Of a stretch of DNA of 64,000 nucleotides, positions 1 through 10,712 are shown one piece after another (within the stretch, counting starts at the first letter, position 1; every line of letters begins with the position of its first letter). The notes under the pieces were generated by a model. The model saw only the letters and a program-made list of their open reading frames with translations. It was not told the origin of the DNA and ran no database searches. A program made the position numbers and the translations under genes. The stretch is from an uncultured Candidatus Peribacteria bacterium (lineage in GTDB: Bacteria > Patescibacteriota > Gracilibacteria > Absconditabacterales > Absconditicoccaceae), in contig CAZLLU010000001.1 in the NCBI GenBank assembly GCA_964560855.1, positions 17,051 to 81,050 of the forward strand, given 5' to 3'.

Positions 1-1929
1 GAGAATGCTAAGTTCTGATGATACGGTTTTGTTAAATTCATTACTTGAAACGAGCTCTATGTAGATAGTATCGTTCGAAGAAACTAATCCTGTCGTTCCT
101 ACGCCGGTATTGTTGTTGATGAAGAGCATTCCCTTGGAGATAGTCAAGAGTGTAGGTCAAGTGAGACCAAAGATATAAATAGGATCTGATCTATAGACTG
201 TATCCAGATCCGCATTCGTGATAGAGATAACTGGACTCACAATCATGATACCTGTTCATGCAGCGCAGTAGCTCTGTGATGTGCTGAACGTGATGATGTC
301 TGATATTCCTCTCAATCCTACAGTATCCACAGCCACCATTCTTAGATAATAGGTTCCGAGAGGGAGTGATGAGATAGTAAGCTGTGTTGTTGTAACAGTA
401 TTAGGTAGAGTTCCGCTGAGAATGATATCAGTCATGCCTGTAGTCGTTGAAATCTCATACGCATAATGCGAAAGCTGAGATCCACTATCCGTAGAAGGTG
501 TCCATGTGATGGTCATTGGCGTGGATGGACATGCGTATGTTCCGCTTGTTGGTGTAGTTATTGTAGGTGATGTTGGAGGTAGTGTATCCATAAATATCCT
601 CTTTGCAGCGTTGGTATAGGTACAATCTCCTGATGTGCCGGTAGTGGTATATGAGCTATAAAAATAGTTCCGCTGATTAGTACCGCTAAGTTGTACTGGA
701 TAAGAAACGAAATCTTGGAAGATATCATGTCCTACATATCAACCTATATATCAAGTAGAAGAAGGATCAACCCGAGGTGAGAAATCTCCTGTTATGGTTG
801 TTTGATTAGGTGCTGTTGCAGCCCGTTGTAAGATGATACCTGTTTTGTTGGTATAATATGATCCCAATGAAGTGCTAGTGATAAACTGTCATGTAGACAA
901 TGGTAAGAAATTTATCTCTCCTTGGAAATTAGGATCGCAGCCCGTACCTGAAGGTAAAGTTCATCATGATGCAATAACTTGGAATGGCTGTTCTCAGCCA
1001 CAAGGGATACCGCCTCCTCAACTATAGAGGATGTTACAGATTGCTGTATAGTTTCCGGCAGGAAGTGATGCACCAGTTGTCCGCCGTTGTGTTGATCAAG
1101 TATTTAGTGTGGTATCGCTATAGACGATTTGTGTGCCGCCGGAAATGATATCTAGTCCGTATCCTGCTACGCTGTTTCCTTGACAGATAAATGATCCATT
1201 ATTTGTTCCTTCGTAGAAAGATGTACTCACATCGAAGCTCGCACAATAAGGGAGATTCATGCTGAGCGCTGCGATACCTCCATTATCATCAAAGATGTAT
1301 CCGTTGTGGACGCCGGAGAGGATAGAGAGCGTATGATCAAAGTTTGTTCATGTCTCGATTTCGTTGCCAGTAAAATCATAGCTTACGCCAGCGAACATAT
1401 GGAAATCACCGACTCCACTCAATGTATGGTTGATCTGTCCATAAATCTCATTGGCTGCTGGGATATATCCTCAGCTCTGTGTGCTACAGTTGGTGTAGAA
1501 ACCGTGTTCTATGGTCATACCATCATAGCCGGTAGCGGAATAATCTTGCAATGCGGTTAGATTACCACTATCCAAAGGCCGGATGGTCCGTCATCTCTGG
1601 TTGTTATAATAGATTCCTCTGAGTTTATCTGTACAGGTAATAGCCTGAGCTCAGTTATTGATTTCGATGGTTTCGTTGTATCCTGTCTCTATTCCTTCCC
1701 AGAAAATGATACCTACGAAGTCGTTTCCTCCGTAATTGAAATGGGCGTTGGAATAGTATCCCGTATCTATCCAGGTGAAAATGGAAGAAAGCTGGTCCTC
1801 AAATGGAAGTGTTTGAGCATACATGAATTTGAAGGTCGTAATAAACGCCGCCAAAAAAACTGCTGCTCCGATAAAAAACCTCTTGAGACCTGGAAGTTGG
1901 CGATAGTGATGCTTGATAGTCTTGATCAT
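1..1929 (-). CDS. Large secreted / cell-surface protein, C-terminus runs off the left edge
   Basis: I checked every codon of the frame (codons at 3k+1..3k+3) from 1929 to 1. It has no TAA/TAG and about 17 in-frame TGA, and it joins listed ORFs 1651-1929 and 256-591. ATG at 1927-1929. N-terminal anchor/signal KRFFIGAAVFLAAFITTF. Gly/Thr/Ser-rich beta-type sequence (ITWTPSTDSGS, LGTYYLRMVAVD) has an Ig/Fn3-like feel. Confidence 0.6.
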
Positions 1930-2078
1930 TGCTATGATTTCAAACAGTAAAGATTAATATACGATACTATTATATTCCCGGAGAGCGAATAATCAAAAAA
2001 ACACTGCCTTTGTACCTATATTAGGTTGACAGTATTCTGAAAATAGTTTTAATATGCTTTGTGATATATTTCTCGCTT

Positions 2079-3467
2079 CTAAGGCACAATAGTTTGAAAT
2101 ATTTTCGGGATGTGGGTGTCTTCCGTATACGTGGTGAAGAGTTTTTTTTCGAGATACTGGAGGTTATCCGGCGATAGGGTAGGTACTACCTTATTTTTGA
2201 ATAATTCCATGATCGGAGGAATCTGAATATTATTTTTTATTTTTTCATACTGGAGGTACATTGCGTAAGTGACTTCTTCATTGGTTCCGACACATTCGAA
2301 CGGCTTGATGCCTTCGATACCCAAAAGCTCTTTGTAGAGAGAAGATAATCCTTCGTTGTCGTATAGCTCCTGGCCGAAAATCTTGAGTGCATCTTCATCG
2401 CTGATGAATGGTCTCAATATCACATAGACAAAGGCACATTTCGGACAGTGGCCGCATCGGCGATGCTCCGTAGTTTTGTTGGCTTCTATGATCTTAAAAT
2501 TGTTGTTGCAGCTGCTGAAAGTATCGAAATATTGAGGATAGCTACTGAAAAGCTTCGCTATCTTGAGTTCGTAGAACCCTCTCAGAAGGCTGAAATACGT
2601 GATATCAGGGGAAATATATATTTTGACATACTGATCAAAATCTGATTCAAATTGATAGCTTTTGGATCGTTGATGATTGATCTCTATCCCGTCGAGGACA
2701 GTGTTCCCTTCATTGGCGCTTTTTTCATTGGACATGACGATATATTTGTAATCATAGAGATAAGCAGCAGTCACGAGGACGAATGCTATGATGCCGCTGA
2801 TCGGTACATGACCATTGTAATATCCTTGAGTATTCATCTCAAAAAGTTTGGGATCCATAGTTCTTTTCATGACCAATCTCGGAACGCCCACCTTGTCGTT
2901 CACGGCTTTATGGAGATAATAATCCTTTCCGAAAGTAGAGGTGTAAAACGGTATATTCAGTTTTTTGATCAATTCGATGCTGACGAGACTATCTTTACCG
3001 CCCCCAATTGCGATCATGGTCATGTCAGAATTAGTGAGGAATGGCGTATTTGGACTCTCTTGATCTCCATCAACGAAGTGCACGATGTCCTTTGGCGATA
3101 TATTGTTGGTGAAGAAAAATTCTCCCAGTCATTGGACGTAAAAAGTGGTCCAGAATTTCTTCTGGTCTTCTGAAAGCCTTCCCTTTGTTACGATGAGTTT
3201 CTTGGTAGGAAAAAGCTTGTAATAGCTTATGCCTATAGCAAGGGAGAGGTGAAAGAGGAGGGTATCCATGATCTTGGGGTCTATGGTGTTGATAGGTGAA
3301 AATCCTGGAGAAGTGAAATCAATGACTTCCGTGAATTTGACCTCGTTGTCGAAGGAATAAAAAAAAGACGCTTTGAGGGTCTTCGGGTCAAAAGCGTATC
3401 CATCGAAAGAGAAGGTCTGAAAAGCTTTCATTCCTTTAAAAGGAAAAATAAAAGTCATCTTCACCAT
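2079..3467 (-). CDS. PP-loop ATPase-family protein, 462 aa; candidate UDP-MurNAc-L-Ala-L-Glu epimerase (MurL-like)
   Basis: ORFs 3129-3467 and 2079-3083 share a frame and are joined by a single TGA (3129-3131). TAG stop at 2079-2081. Contains the PP-loop motif IAIGGGKDS and a later CGHCPKC motif. Lies divergent from murD, 230 nt away. Confidence 0.5.
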
Positions 3468-3696
3468 AGCTATCGTAGCTGGAAAATCAAGGATAATATT
3501 TTGTTATGATATATCATTGACGTTTAATGAAAAGTATATATAAGACGAATATAAAAACATAATGAAATTAGGACAAATTTGTCTATTTTTTTATTTATGT
3601 CTGTTTTTGCGATTTTGCCATTTTTTTTCAAATTGCATTTATCAAGAAAAAGACTATGTTCAAAATAAGAAAAATCTTATATCCTTATCGAGATAT

Positions 3697-5094
3697 ATGT
3701 TTCCTTTTGAGGAATTTCACAACAAGAAAATAGCCATCCTCTGATACGGAAGAGAAGGGAAATCCTCGCTTCAGTTTCTCCTAAAAATCGGAGTTCTGCC
3801 AAGGGATATCACTATTCTTGATGCAGTGAAAAAAATAGAAGAACTGACAACAAATTTCGAATATCTCGGTCAGACGTTCGGGATAGATCCGGAATTCAAT
3901 CTCATCTTCTGAGATAATTATCTCGATGATCTTAAATCTTTTGATATCATAATCAAAACGCCGGGAATCTCGATCTATCACAGCAAGATTTTCCCTTACA
4001 GAAAAAAAATAACAACACAGGCACAGATATTTTTTGATCATTATCAGGGAAAAATAATCGCAGTTTCTGGGACTAAAGGCAAATCGACTACCGCAACCTT
4101 GACTTATGAAATGATAAAACGTGCCGGCAAAGACGTCAAACTTATAGGAAATATCGGTAATCCGGTACTGAACTATCTCGATATGGAGCATCCGGACTCA
4201 CAAAAAAGTGAATATGCAGTGTTCGAGATTTCAAGCTATATGCTGGAATGACTCGTCAAAAAAAATTATATCAGCATTTTGCTCAATATCTATTCAGATC
4301 ACATCGATCGGCATAATGGTTTCGAAAACTACAAAAATGCCAAGATGAATCTACTCAACGGCAGTGAGCATAATCTCGTAAGGGATGAAATTCTTGAAAA
4401 AAATGATTTCACTGATGAACAGATAAAAACACTACATATCAATACCTTTGGGCACAAAGGGGAGTTTTCATACCAAGAAGGGGAATTTATGACGAAGAAT
4501 ACGAAGGTGTTTAGCAATGAGGGGATCCTCATCAAAGGAGAACATAATATGATGAATATCTCTGCGGTCCTCGGTGTTTGTGCAATAATGAAGATAGATC
4601 CTACCATCCTCAAAGATACACTCAAGGAATTTAACTGACTTCCACATAGGATGGAAAATGTCGGAAAATTCGGAGGTATTACCTGGATCGACGATGCTAT
4701 CTCTACGACACCAGAAAGCACTATCCAAGCTATCCAGACGTTCGGAAATGATGTCGATACAATATTTTTATGAGGAACGGATAGGGGATATGTTTTCGAT
4801 GATTTGATTGCTTGCATTCGTAAACATGGTATCAGGAATGTAGTAGTATTTCCGGATTCATGAAAGAGGATTGCAGAGACAATCAAAGACGAGGAAATGC
4901 CAACAGGAAAGGAAATCGTCTATACAAAGATATTTCAGACCAATGATATGAAAGAAGCAGTAAAATTCGCTTACGAGTTTACAAAAAACGGAAAGATATG
5001 TCTGCTATCGACAGCGTCTCCAAGCTATAGCATTTGGAAAAATTTTGAGGAAAAGGGTAATTTATTCCAGCAATATATCAAAGAATTTGCATAA
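3697..5094 (+). CDS. murD: UDP-N-acetylmuramoyl-L-alanine--glutamate ligase (MurD family)
   Basis: The frame was read codon by codon. Pieces 3562-3744, 4279-4638 and 4897-5094 join through in-frame TGA only. ATG at 3697. Motifs: KKIAIL-G-YGREGKS, GTKGKSTT, NIYSDHIDRH, N-G-LPHRMENV, WIDDAISTTPES, FL-G-GTDRG. Confidence 0.9.
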
Positions 5095-5118
5095 TTTTAC
5101 CTATATTATCCGCTAATT

Positions 5119-5760
5119 ATGAAAAGATTGATATTGTTGTTATCCGGAATGGTATTATTCGGATTCACGTTTGCTCATCAGCCGAGATTAATCTTTGAAC
5201 AGCCTATCGGACAGATCGTAGCGGTCGAACATCCTGAAATTTCACAAGCATTTTATGGGATACTTTCTGGTCAAACAGATATCTACCAAATTATTTCTGA
5301 TACGGGATTCTTGCTGTATGCAAATATCGTAGTCCCTGATCAGGAAGGGCAGAGGACAGATTTCGTTATAGAAATAGTTGAACCCGAGAATGTATCGACG
5401 AGATTAGAATGAGCTACGCTGACATGGACAGATTTTTTTGAGCCATTCGGTGGCGATGCATATCTTAAGTGACCGAAATTCGAAAAACAAGTTGGTCCTG
5501 GGGTCTATACTATCAAAGTCTCTAATCCTGATAATCAAGGGAAATATTCGCTCGCTATAGGGAAGATCGAGAGTTTCCCATTTAATGAGATGGTAAATAC
5601 CTATAAACTGATGCCAACGCTCAAAACGGTTTTTTTTGAAAAGCCACGATATACTACATTCTGGAATTATGTATGATTGATGATAGTAGTGACAGGTGGG
5701 GTGATGATTATAGTGATCCGATGAATAACAAAGTTGGTGAGATATATCAAACATAAATAG
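5119..5760 (+). CDS. Exported, C-terminally membrane-anchored hypothetical protein (213 aa)
   Basis: Signal peptide MKRLILLLSGMVLFGFTFA and C-terminal TM segment LMIVVTGGVMIIVI. ORF 5119-5412 continues through in-frame TGAs to a TAG at 5758-5760. Confidence 0.6.
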
Positions 5761-6003
5761 AAAGAATTAAGTTTAGAAGCCAAATCAGCGATAATAATAG
5801 GCAATTTTTTGGTAACCAAAAAATAAAAAAATTAAAAAAAGGGATTGCGATATGAACAAAGACATCAAGTTTTCCTAAAAATGGAATCAGTAAATTATCT
5901 AAGAATCTGAATTATCCGTTGCTCTTGTCATTTAGTTTGAAAATGATCCATAAATCACTATACTTTCCGCCACGTGCATTTTTTTTATACTCTTTAAACA
6001 TAT

Positions 6004-6510
6004 ATGACAGAAACAGCTTTAGTACTTATCGATTTCCAAAATGAACGATTAGATCCGGAAAGCGAATATTATGTAGGCGATGTTCAGGAGACTATCGCAA
6101 AGGTAAGATATCTTATCGATCATTGTAGGGCAAGAGGGTACAAGATCATCTGGACTAAACATAGGGAACATGACTCGATAGATGCGTTCGGTCCAGAGAC
6201 ACAATTTATCCCAGAGCTCGGACATCAAGAATCTGATACTGTTATTATCAAGAACAAGATCAGTCCATTTTACAATACCTCATTGGATCAGGAACTGAAC
6301 GGAATCAAGACCGTCATCGTTTGTGGAATCCTTACCAATCTTTGTGTCAGAAGTTTTATTCAGGATGCTTATGATAGGGATTTTAAACTCACTGTCGTTA
6401 AGGATTGCTGTATAGCACATACTCCAGAGATTCAGGAATTCACCTTTTTTGACCTTCATCAGACGAGAGAAGAAATAGATTTCACCAGCTTCAAGGAATT
6501 TGTAGAATAA
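6004..6510 (+). CDS. Isochorismatase-family cysteine hydrolase
   Basis: Uninterrupted 168-aa ORF. Motifs LVLIDFQN and VIVCGILTNLCVRS (catalytic Cys context). TAA stop followed by a hairpin. Confidence 0.8.
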   Translation: MTETALVLIDFQNERLDPESEYYVGDVQETIAKVRYLIDHCRARGYKIIWTKHREHDSIDAFGPETQFIPELGHQESDTVIIKNKISPFYNTSLDQELNGIKTVIVCGILTNLCVRSFIQDAYDRDFKLTVVKDCCIAHTPEIQEFTFFDLHQTREEIDFTSFKEFVE

Positions 6511-6519
6511 AATAAAAAA

Positions 6520-6541
6520 CAAATTCGCGTAAGCGAATTTG
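6520..6541 (+). terminator. Hairpin CAAATTCGC-GTAA-GCGAATTTG after the isochorismatase-family gene
   Basis: Perfect 9-bp stem with a 4-nt loop, 10 nt after the TAA stop. Confidence 0.6.
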
Positions 6542-6665
6542 TGATAAATGCTTCGCGATAAATGCTCCCCCGCAGTCCTGCGAGGTCGCGATAAAAAGAT
6601 AAAAATTTAACGCCCCGGGATCTCTCCGGGGCTTTTATCATTTTATCGACCGAAGGTCGTTTATC
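6542..6665. repeat. REP-like cluster: GC-rich mini-hairpins punctuated by GATAAA / TTTATC words
   Basis: GTGATAAATGCTTCGCGATAAATGC..CGCAGTCCTGCG..GCGATAAAAAGATAAAAA..GCCCCGGGATCTCTCCGGGGC..TTTTATCATTTTATCGACCGAAGGTCGTTTATC. Four direct and three inverted GATAAA words. Confidence 0.6.
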
Positions 6666-6674
6666 TATCATTAT

Positions 6675-7109
6675 TTAGTCGATAAACTTCTTGAAGTCTT
6701 TGAGACTGTCGAATGATTTGTAGACAGAAGCAAATCTAACATACACTACAGGATCTATCTTCTTGAGCACTCTCAGGACGTCGTCACCGATTTCCTTGGA
6801 AGTGATCTCGTTTTTGTCGATGGACCGTTCAGCTTCGAGATTGTTGATAAGGTTTTCTATCTGTTCTCTATCAATCTCTCTTTTTGCAAAAGCCAAAAGC
6901 AAAGCTTTCTTGAGCTTCTGCCTATCGTACATTTCCTTGCTTCCATCTTTTTTGATGACGACCAATTCAGTAAATCATTTTCTTTCGAATGTAGTGAATC
7001 TATGTTGGCAGTATTCGCATTCTCTCCTTCTTCTGATGCTCTGTCCGTCTTCTATGACTCTCGAATCGATGACTTTCGTTTCCATACTTTGGCATTTCGG
7101 GCACTTCAT
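6675..7109 (-). CDS. nrdR: Transcriptional repressor NrdR
   Basis: Zinc ribbon [17 protein letters not shown]...[12 protein letters not shown] followed by an ATP-cone ([17 protein letters not shown]...VYVRFASVY). One in-frame TGA at 6975-6977. Confidence 0.9.
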
Positions 7110-7129
7110 GACTTTATTGCTATAATATA

Positions 7130-7277
7130 AATGAATGATGAATATTTATAATGAATAATGAATAACGAAAAGTGAATAACGTCGGTATTTGTCTTTTTAT
7201 CGACTATCGTATGTATACGATAGTTTATGATAAAATATTACATTCATTATTAATTATTAATTTTTAATTGTTAATTT
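7130..7277. repeat. Intergenic module: AATGAATA-type word arm, central palindrome, inverted CATTCATTATTAATT arm
   Basis: 7130-7181 AATGAATGATGAATATTTATAATGAATAATGAATAACGAAAAGTGAATAACG. 7202-7224 GACTATCGTATGTATACGATAGT. 7241-7277 CATTCATTATTAATTATTAATTTTTAATTGTTAATT. Confidence 0.6.
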
Positions 7278-7298
7278 GCGAAGCCGTAGGCTGAGCAT

Positions 7299-9497
7299 TT
7301 ATTGTGGCATAAGGAATCTCTTGTTGTAGTAGGTGATGTTTTTGAGGAATCCCTTGAATCGGATGATGTCCTCACTGATAATTTTCTTCTTGGTTTCTTC
7401 AAGGGTTTTGCTGCTGTTAGTGAAAGATATCCGGTTTTCGTAGCCAATCTTGAGATAGTCTTTGTTGTCGTCGATCTCTATCCGATGTTTGATGATTTCA
7501 TTGAAATCAGCTTGAAGATTATCGATAATCTCAATAATCTTGGTATGATAGTATTCGTCGACGCTCAGGATATCTTGGACATAGATTTTGAGAAGCAACT
7601 CTGTGCGTAGCTTCTTATCATTGGTTTCGTCTCTCAGATAGGTGAGGTAGATGAGTAAGCCGAACAAAGTCTCTCTGATGGTAGCGAAGATGCCGATGAT
7701 GGCAAGATCGGAATAGTCGTTTTTCAAAAGAATCTTTTGCTGTGACAAGGCTCTGGTGAATGCTTTGCTGACCCGGAAATCCAGATTGTAGATATTCTCT
7801 TTGATATGATAGATATCTTGTTCGTTGAGCTCTTTTTTGAGCGTCTTGATGAAATGCTTTCATTCGAGATGGATAGCGATGTCTTGGTAAACAGATTCGA
7901 TAAACTGATTGTCCGTCAATTTTACCATACCGGAGATTTCGTGTCCGGTGAGTCCCTTGAAGAGCTCTATGAGTTTCTTGTTCTTGATATAGAGCCTAAT
8001 ATCTTTGGGATTGATGTCTTGGAGTATGGTAGCGAGGAATGTTTCGTCGAACGATTTCAATAGGGCTATATTAGAATAGATGTTCTTGATGTCCGTCTTG
8101 TGTGGCAACAGGAATTTCTGTTTTCATGCCCTGACGTTTTCTGCCGTATGCTTGTAAAAAAAGACATTCTTGCCGTATTGGTAGAGGAGCCCTCCGTAAT
8201 ACAGTAGCGTATAATTTTTTTCATCGAGTTGTTCTTCAGCTTCATAGAATCCACGGATGATAGGTTTTTTAAACAGTCTGAGAAAGAAATTATCTCCTCT
8301 GGATACCCAAGACCCTCAGATCAGGGTGATATAGAAATTCAGTATTTTCTCCATCATCTTGGACTCTTTTTTGATTCTTTCGGGTATTTTGAAGCTTTCG
8401 ATATTTTCCACATCCTCTCCGATAGAAGACATCAGATCGTCCAGATCTTCCTTGATTGGCTTCTTGCTATCTTGATCTCTAAAGGTCGTGATGATGTATT
8501 TCTGTACACCGGAGAAAAAGTTTTTCTTGAAATTTCTATAATCGGTGATATAGAGCAGGAAGTTTTCGAGCTGATTTTCGTCGGTGCGGAAACTCTTGAT
8601 AAAGGTGTCGAGAACCTTCCTGTCGAAGATTTTTGCAATCACGGTGTCGGTGATTCAGAACATATCTGAATCGATAAAGAGATATCTGAGCAGAATATCA
8701 GCAGGGAGGACGGATTGCATGATTCTGGTCTCGATAGCGGAAAAATTCTTTTTGCCCGTATATTCCTTATGGTTTGCAATGAATTCTGCGTAGATGCTTT
8801 TGGAGTCTGCTTTGAGCTCATCATAGAAAAGCCATGCATAGATATCCGTGTCTGTTGCTTGAGGTTGGACGAAGATCTCATTTAAATTTTTGTATACAGA
8901 AAAGAGCATCAAAAATATTTCTATCTGATTCAATAATTCCTTTTTCAATGTTTTGATAACGGTAGGATCGGCTTTTTTTCCGGTCTGTTGAAAGACGAAT
9001 TCATAAAACGAGAACATCACTTCCACAAATCGATTGTAATTTTTTTCCTTGTCTTTGTGTGGAAAGATTTTGAGCCTTCCCATAAAAATAAAGCTCAGGA
9101 GAAAAATCGTATAGAGAAAGTTGAGATAATATTCCGGAGGATGGTGTCTGAAGACGTCCTTTACGTAGAGTGCTACGACTAGGGCAAGATTGTTGGATAT
9201 GTTTGCAGGTGAGAAAAATCTGTAGCCATTGAGATTTGCTGTAGCACAGTAACTATAGTAGGTATCTATATCTTTGGGCTTGATATTGGGTTGTTCTCCA
9301 AATCCGATTTTGAACTCGAAAGGGTCAAGCGTTACATCAAAGAGATTCAGTTTATAATTTTCCACAATTTTTCTGTTGATCACAGAAAAGAACTCCTTGG
9401 TGGAGATGAACGAGATAAACATGCTGGCTGGATTGATGGTCTGTGCGACGATTTCGTCGGGAAATAATGAGAGGAGAACTCTTTTGAAGAGTTGCAT
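7299..9497 (-). CDS. Large hypothetical protein, 732 aa, no recognisable motif
   Basis: Listed ORFs 8655-9497, 8316-8642, 7860-8108 and 7299-7748 share one frame. I read every codon in the gaps and only TGA intervenes (8655, 8316, 8124, 7860). TAA stop at 7299-7301. A TAG lies 2 codons upstream of the ATG at 9495-9497. Confidence 0.7.
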
Positions 9498-9521
9498 ATA
9501 TAGCTATATAAGCGCTAAAAT

Positions 9522-10034
9522 CTATTGGTTTGTCTGCTTGGAGAGTACTTTGACTTGGTAGTGTAACGTCTCTCGGGTCTGTCTAGGGTTGATATCGAAG
9601 AGTACGAATTGGTTCCCATCTTTGTCGGTTTCTATGCCTTTGACCAATCATTCGATGTTATCAAGTTTCTGCATTTTCCCTATTTCAGGAGTGATGCCAA
9701 TTGTATCGAAAATGAGTTTACCGACTTTTTGGACGTTCTGTTGCTGGTAGAGTTTTCCGTATCCTTCTTCGGGAGTGATAGTGAGCTTCCTGGTCTTACC
9801 GATCTTCATACCGACGACGCCCTCATCCAATCCCTGGATAGCCTGGTTGGCTCCCACCATGAATATGAGCGGTTGCTCTTCAGTGTTTTGATCGAAGATA
9901 GTCCCGTCAGGATATGTCGCTGTATAGACGATCGTAACTGTGTCGCCTACATGAACTTTGTTTTTGCTATTGCATCAGGTCATGACGAATAATGAAAGTG
10001 ATGCTATGGCGAACAAAGTGAGGATTTTTTTCAT
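9522..10034 (-). CDS. FKBP-type peptidyl-prolyl isomerase, lipoprotein
   Basis: MKKILTLFAIASLSLFVMT-G-CNS lipobox, with the Gly encoded by TGA. FKBP core GLDEGVVGMKIGKTRKLTITPEEGYG. TAG stop at 9522-9524. Confidence 0.8.
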
Positions 10035-10117
10035 CGTTGTGTTTTGTATATGATATAAAAGCAATAGGTGCGATGCGGATAGTGTAAGCATATATGGCTG
10101 CAATGCAACGGGAAATA

Positions 10118-10531
10118 TTACTCTCTGATTCTGTCTCCGATGAATTTTTTCCGTGATTTTTGAGGGGTATCTATGATATTGATCTCTTCGTATCCGAGGG
10201 GAGTCACCGTGGCTCCGGTGTCCACTTGTTGCTTCTGATACATCTCTTCGAATTTGACGATATATTCGTTGCTGAGCAGCATATTGTTTTCATGCTCAAG
10301 AAAATATTTTGCGTATTCCGATTTTTCATAATTCACGAGGAAGTTCTGGGTGAATGCTAATTCATCGGTCTTGATCTGTTTTTGGATGGTTGCATCCTCG
10401 ATGGCGGTCTCGATGGAGACATAGTTTACATAGGTCCTGATAGCGATAATCATCGCAAAAACATCCAGAATTACAATTCCGTATTTGATGCGATTGGGGT
10501 ATCTCCTGAGTAATGCGTATATGGATTCCAT
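10118..10531 (-). CDS. Hypothetical single-pass membrane protein (137 aa)
   Basis: Uninterrupted ORF with an N-terminal TM segment (YGIVILDVFAMIIAI). TAA stop at 10118-10120. Confidence 0.5.
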   Translation of the reverse strand: MESIYALLRRYPNRIKYGIVILDVFAMIIAIRTYVNYVSIETAIEDATIQKQIKTDELAFTQNFLVNYEKSEYAKYFLEHENNMLLSNEYIVKFEEMYQKQQVDTGATVTPLGYEEINIIDTPQKSRKKFIGDRIRE

Positions 10532-10712
10532 AAACTAATGAACAAGTAATAATTAATGATAATGGAAATGTCTTTGTATGAACTATTGTAGATAGCTGGT
10601 AATTTATGAGTAATATGGTTGAAAATTCAAGCGAAAATACTAAAAACCAGTATACAATTCTAATAAAAATGGTTTAAAAATTTAAAATTTAAAATTTAAA
10701 ATTATATTTGAT

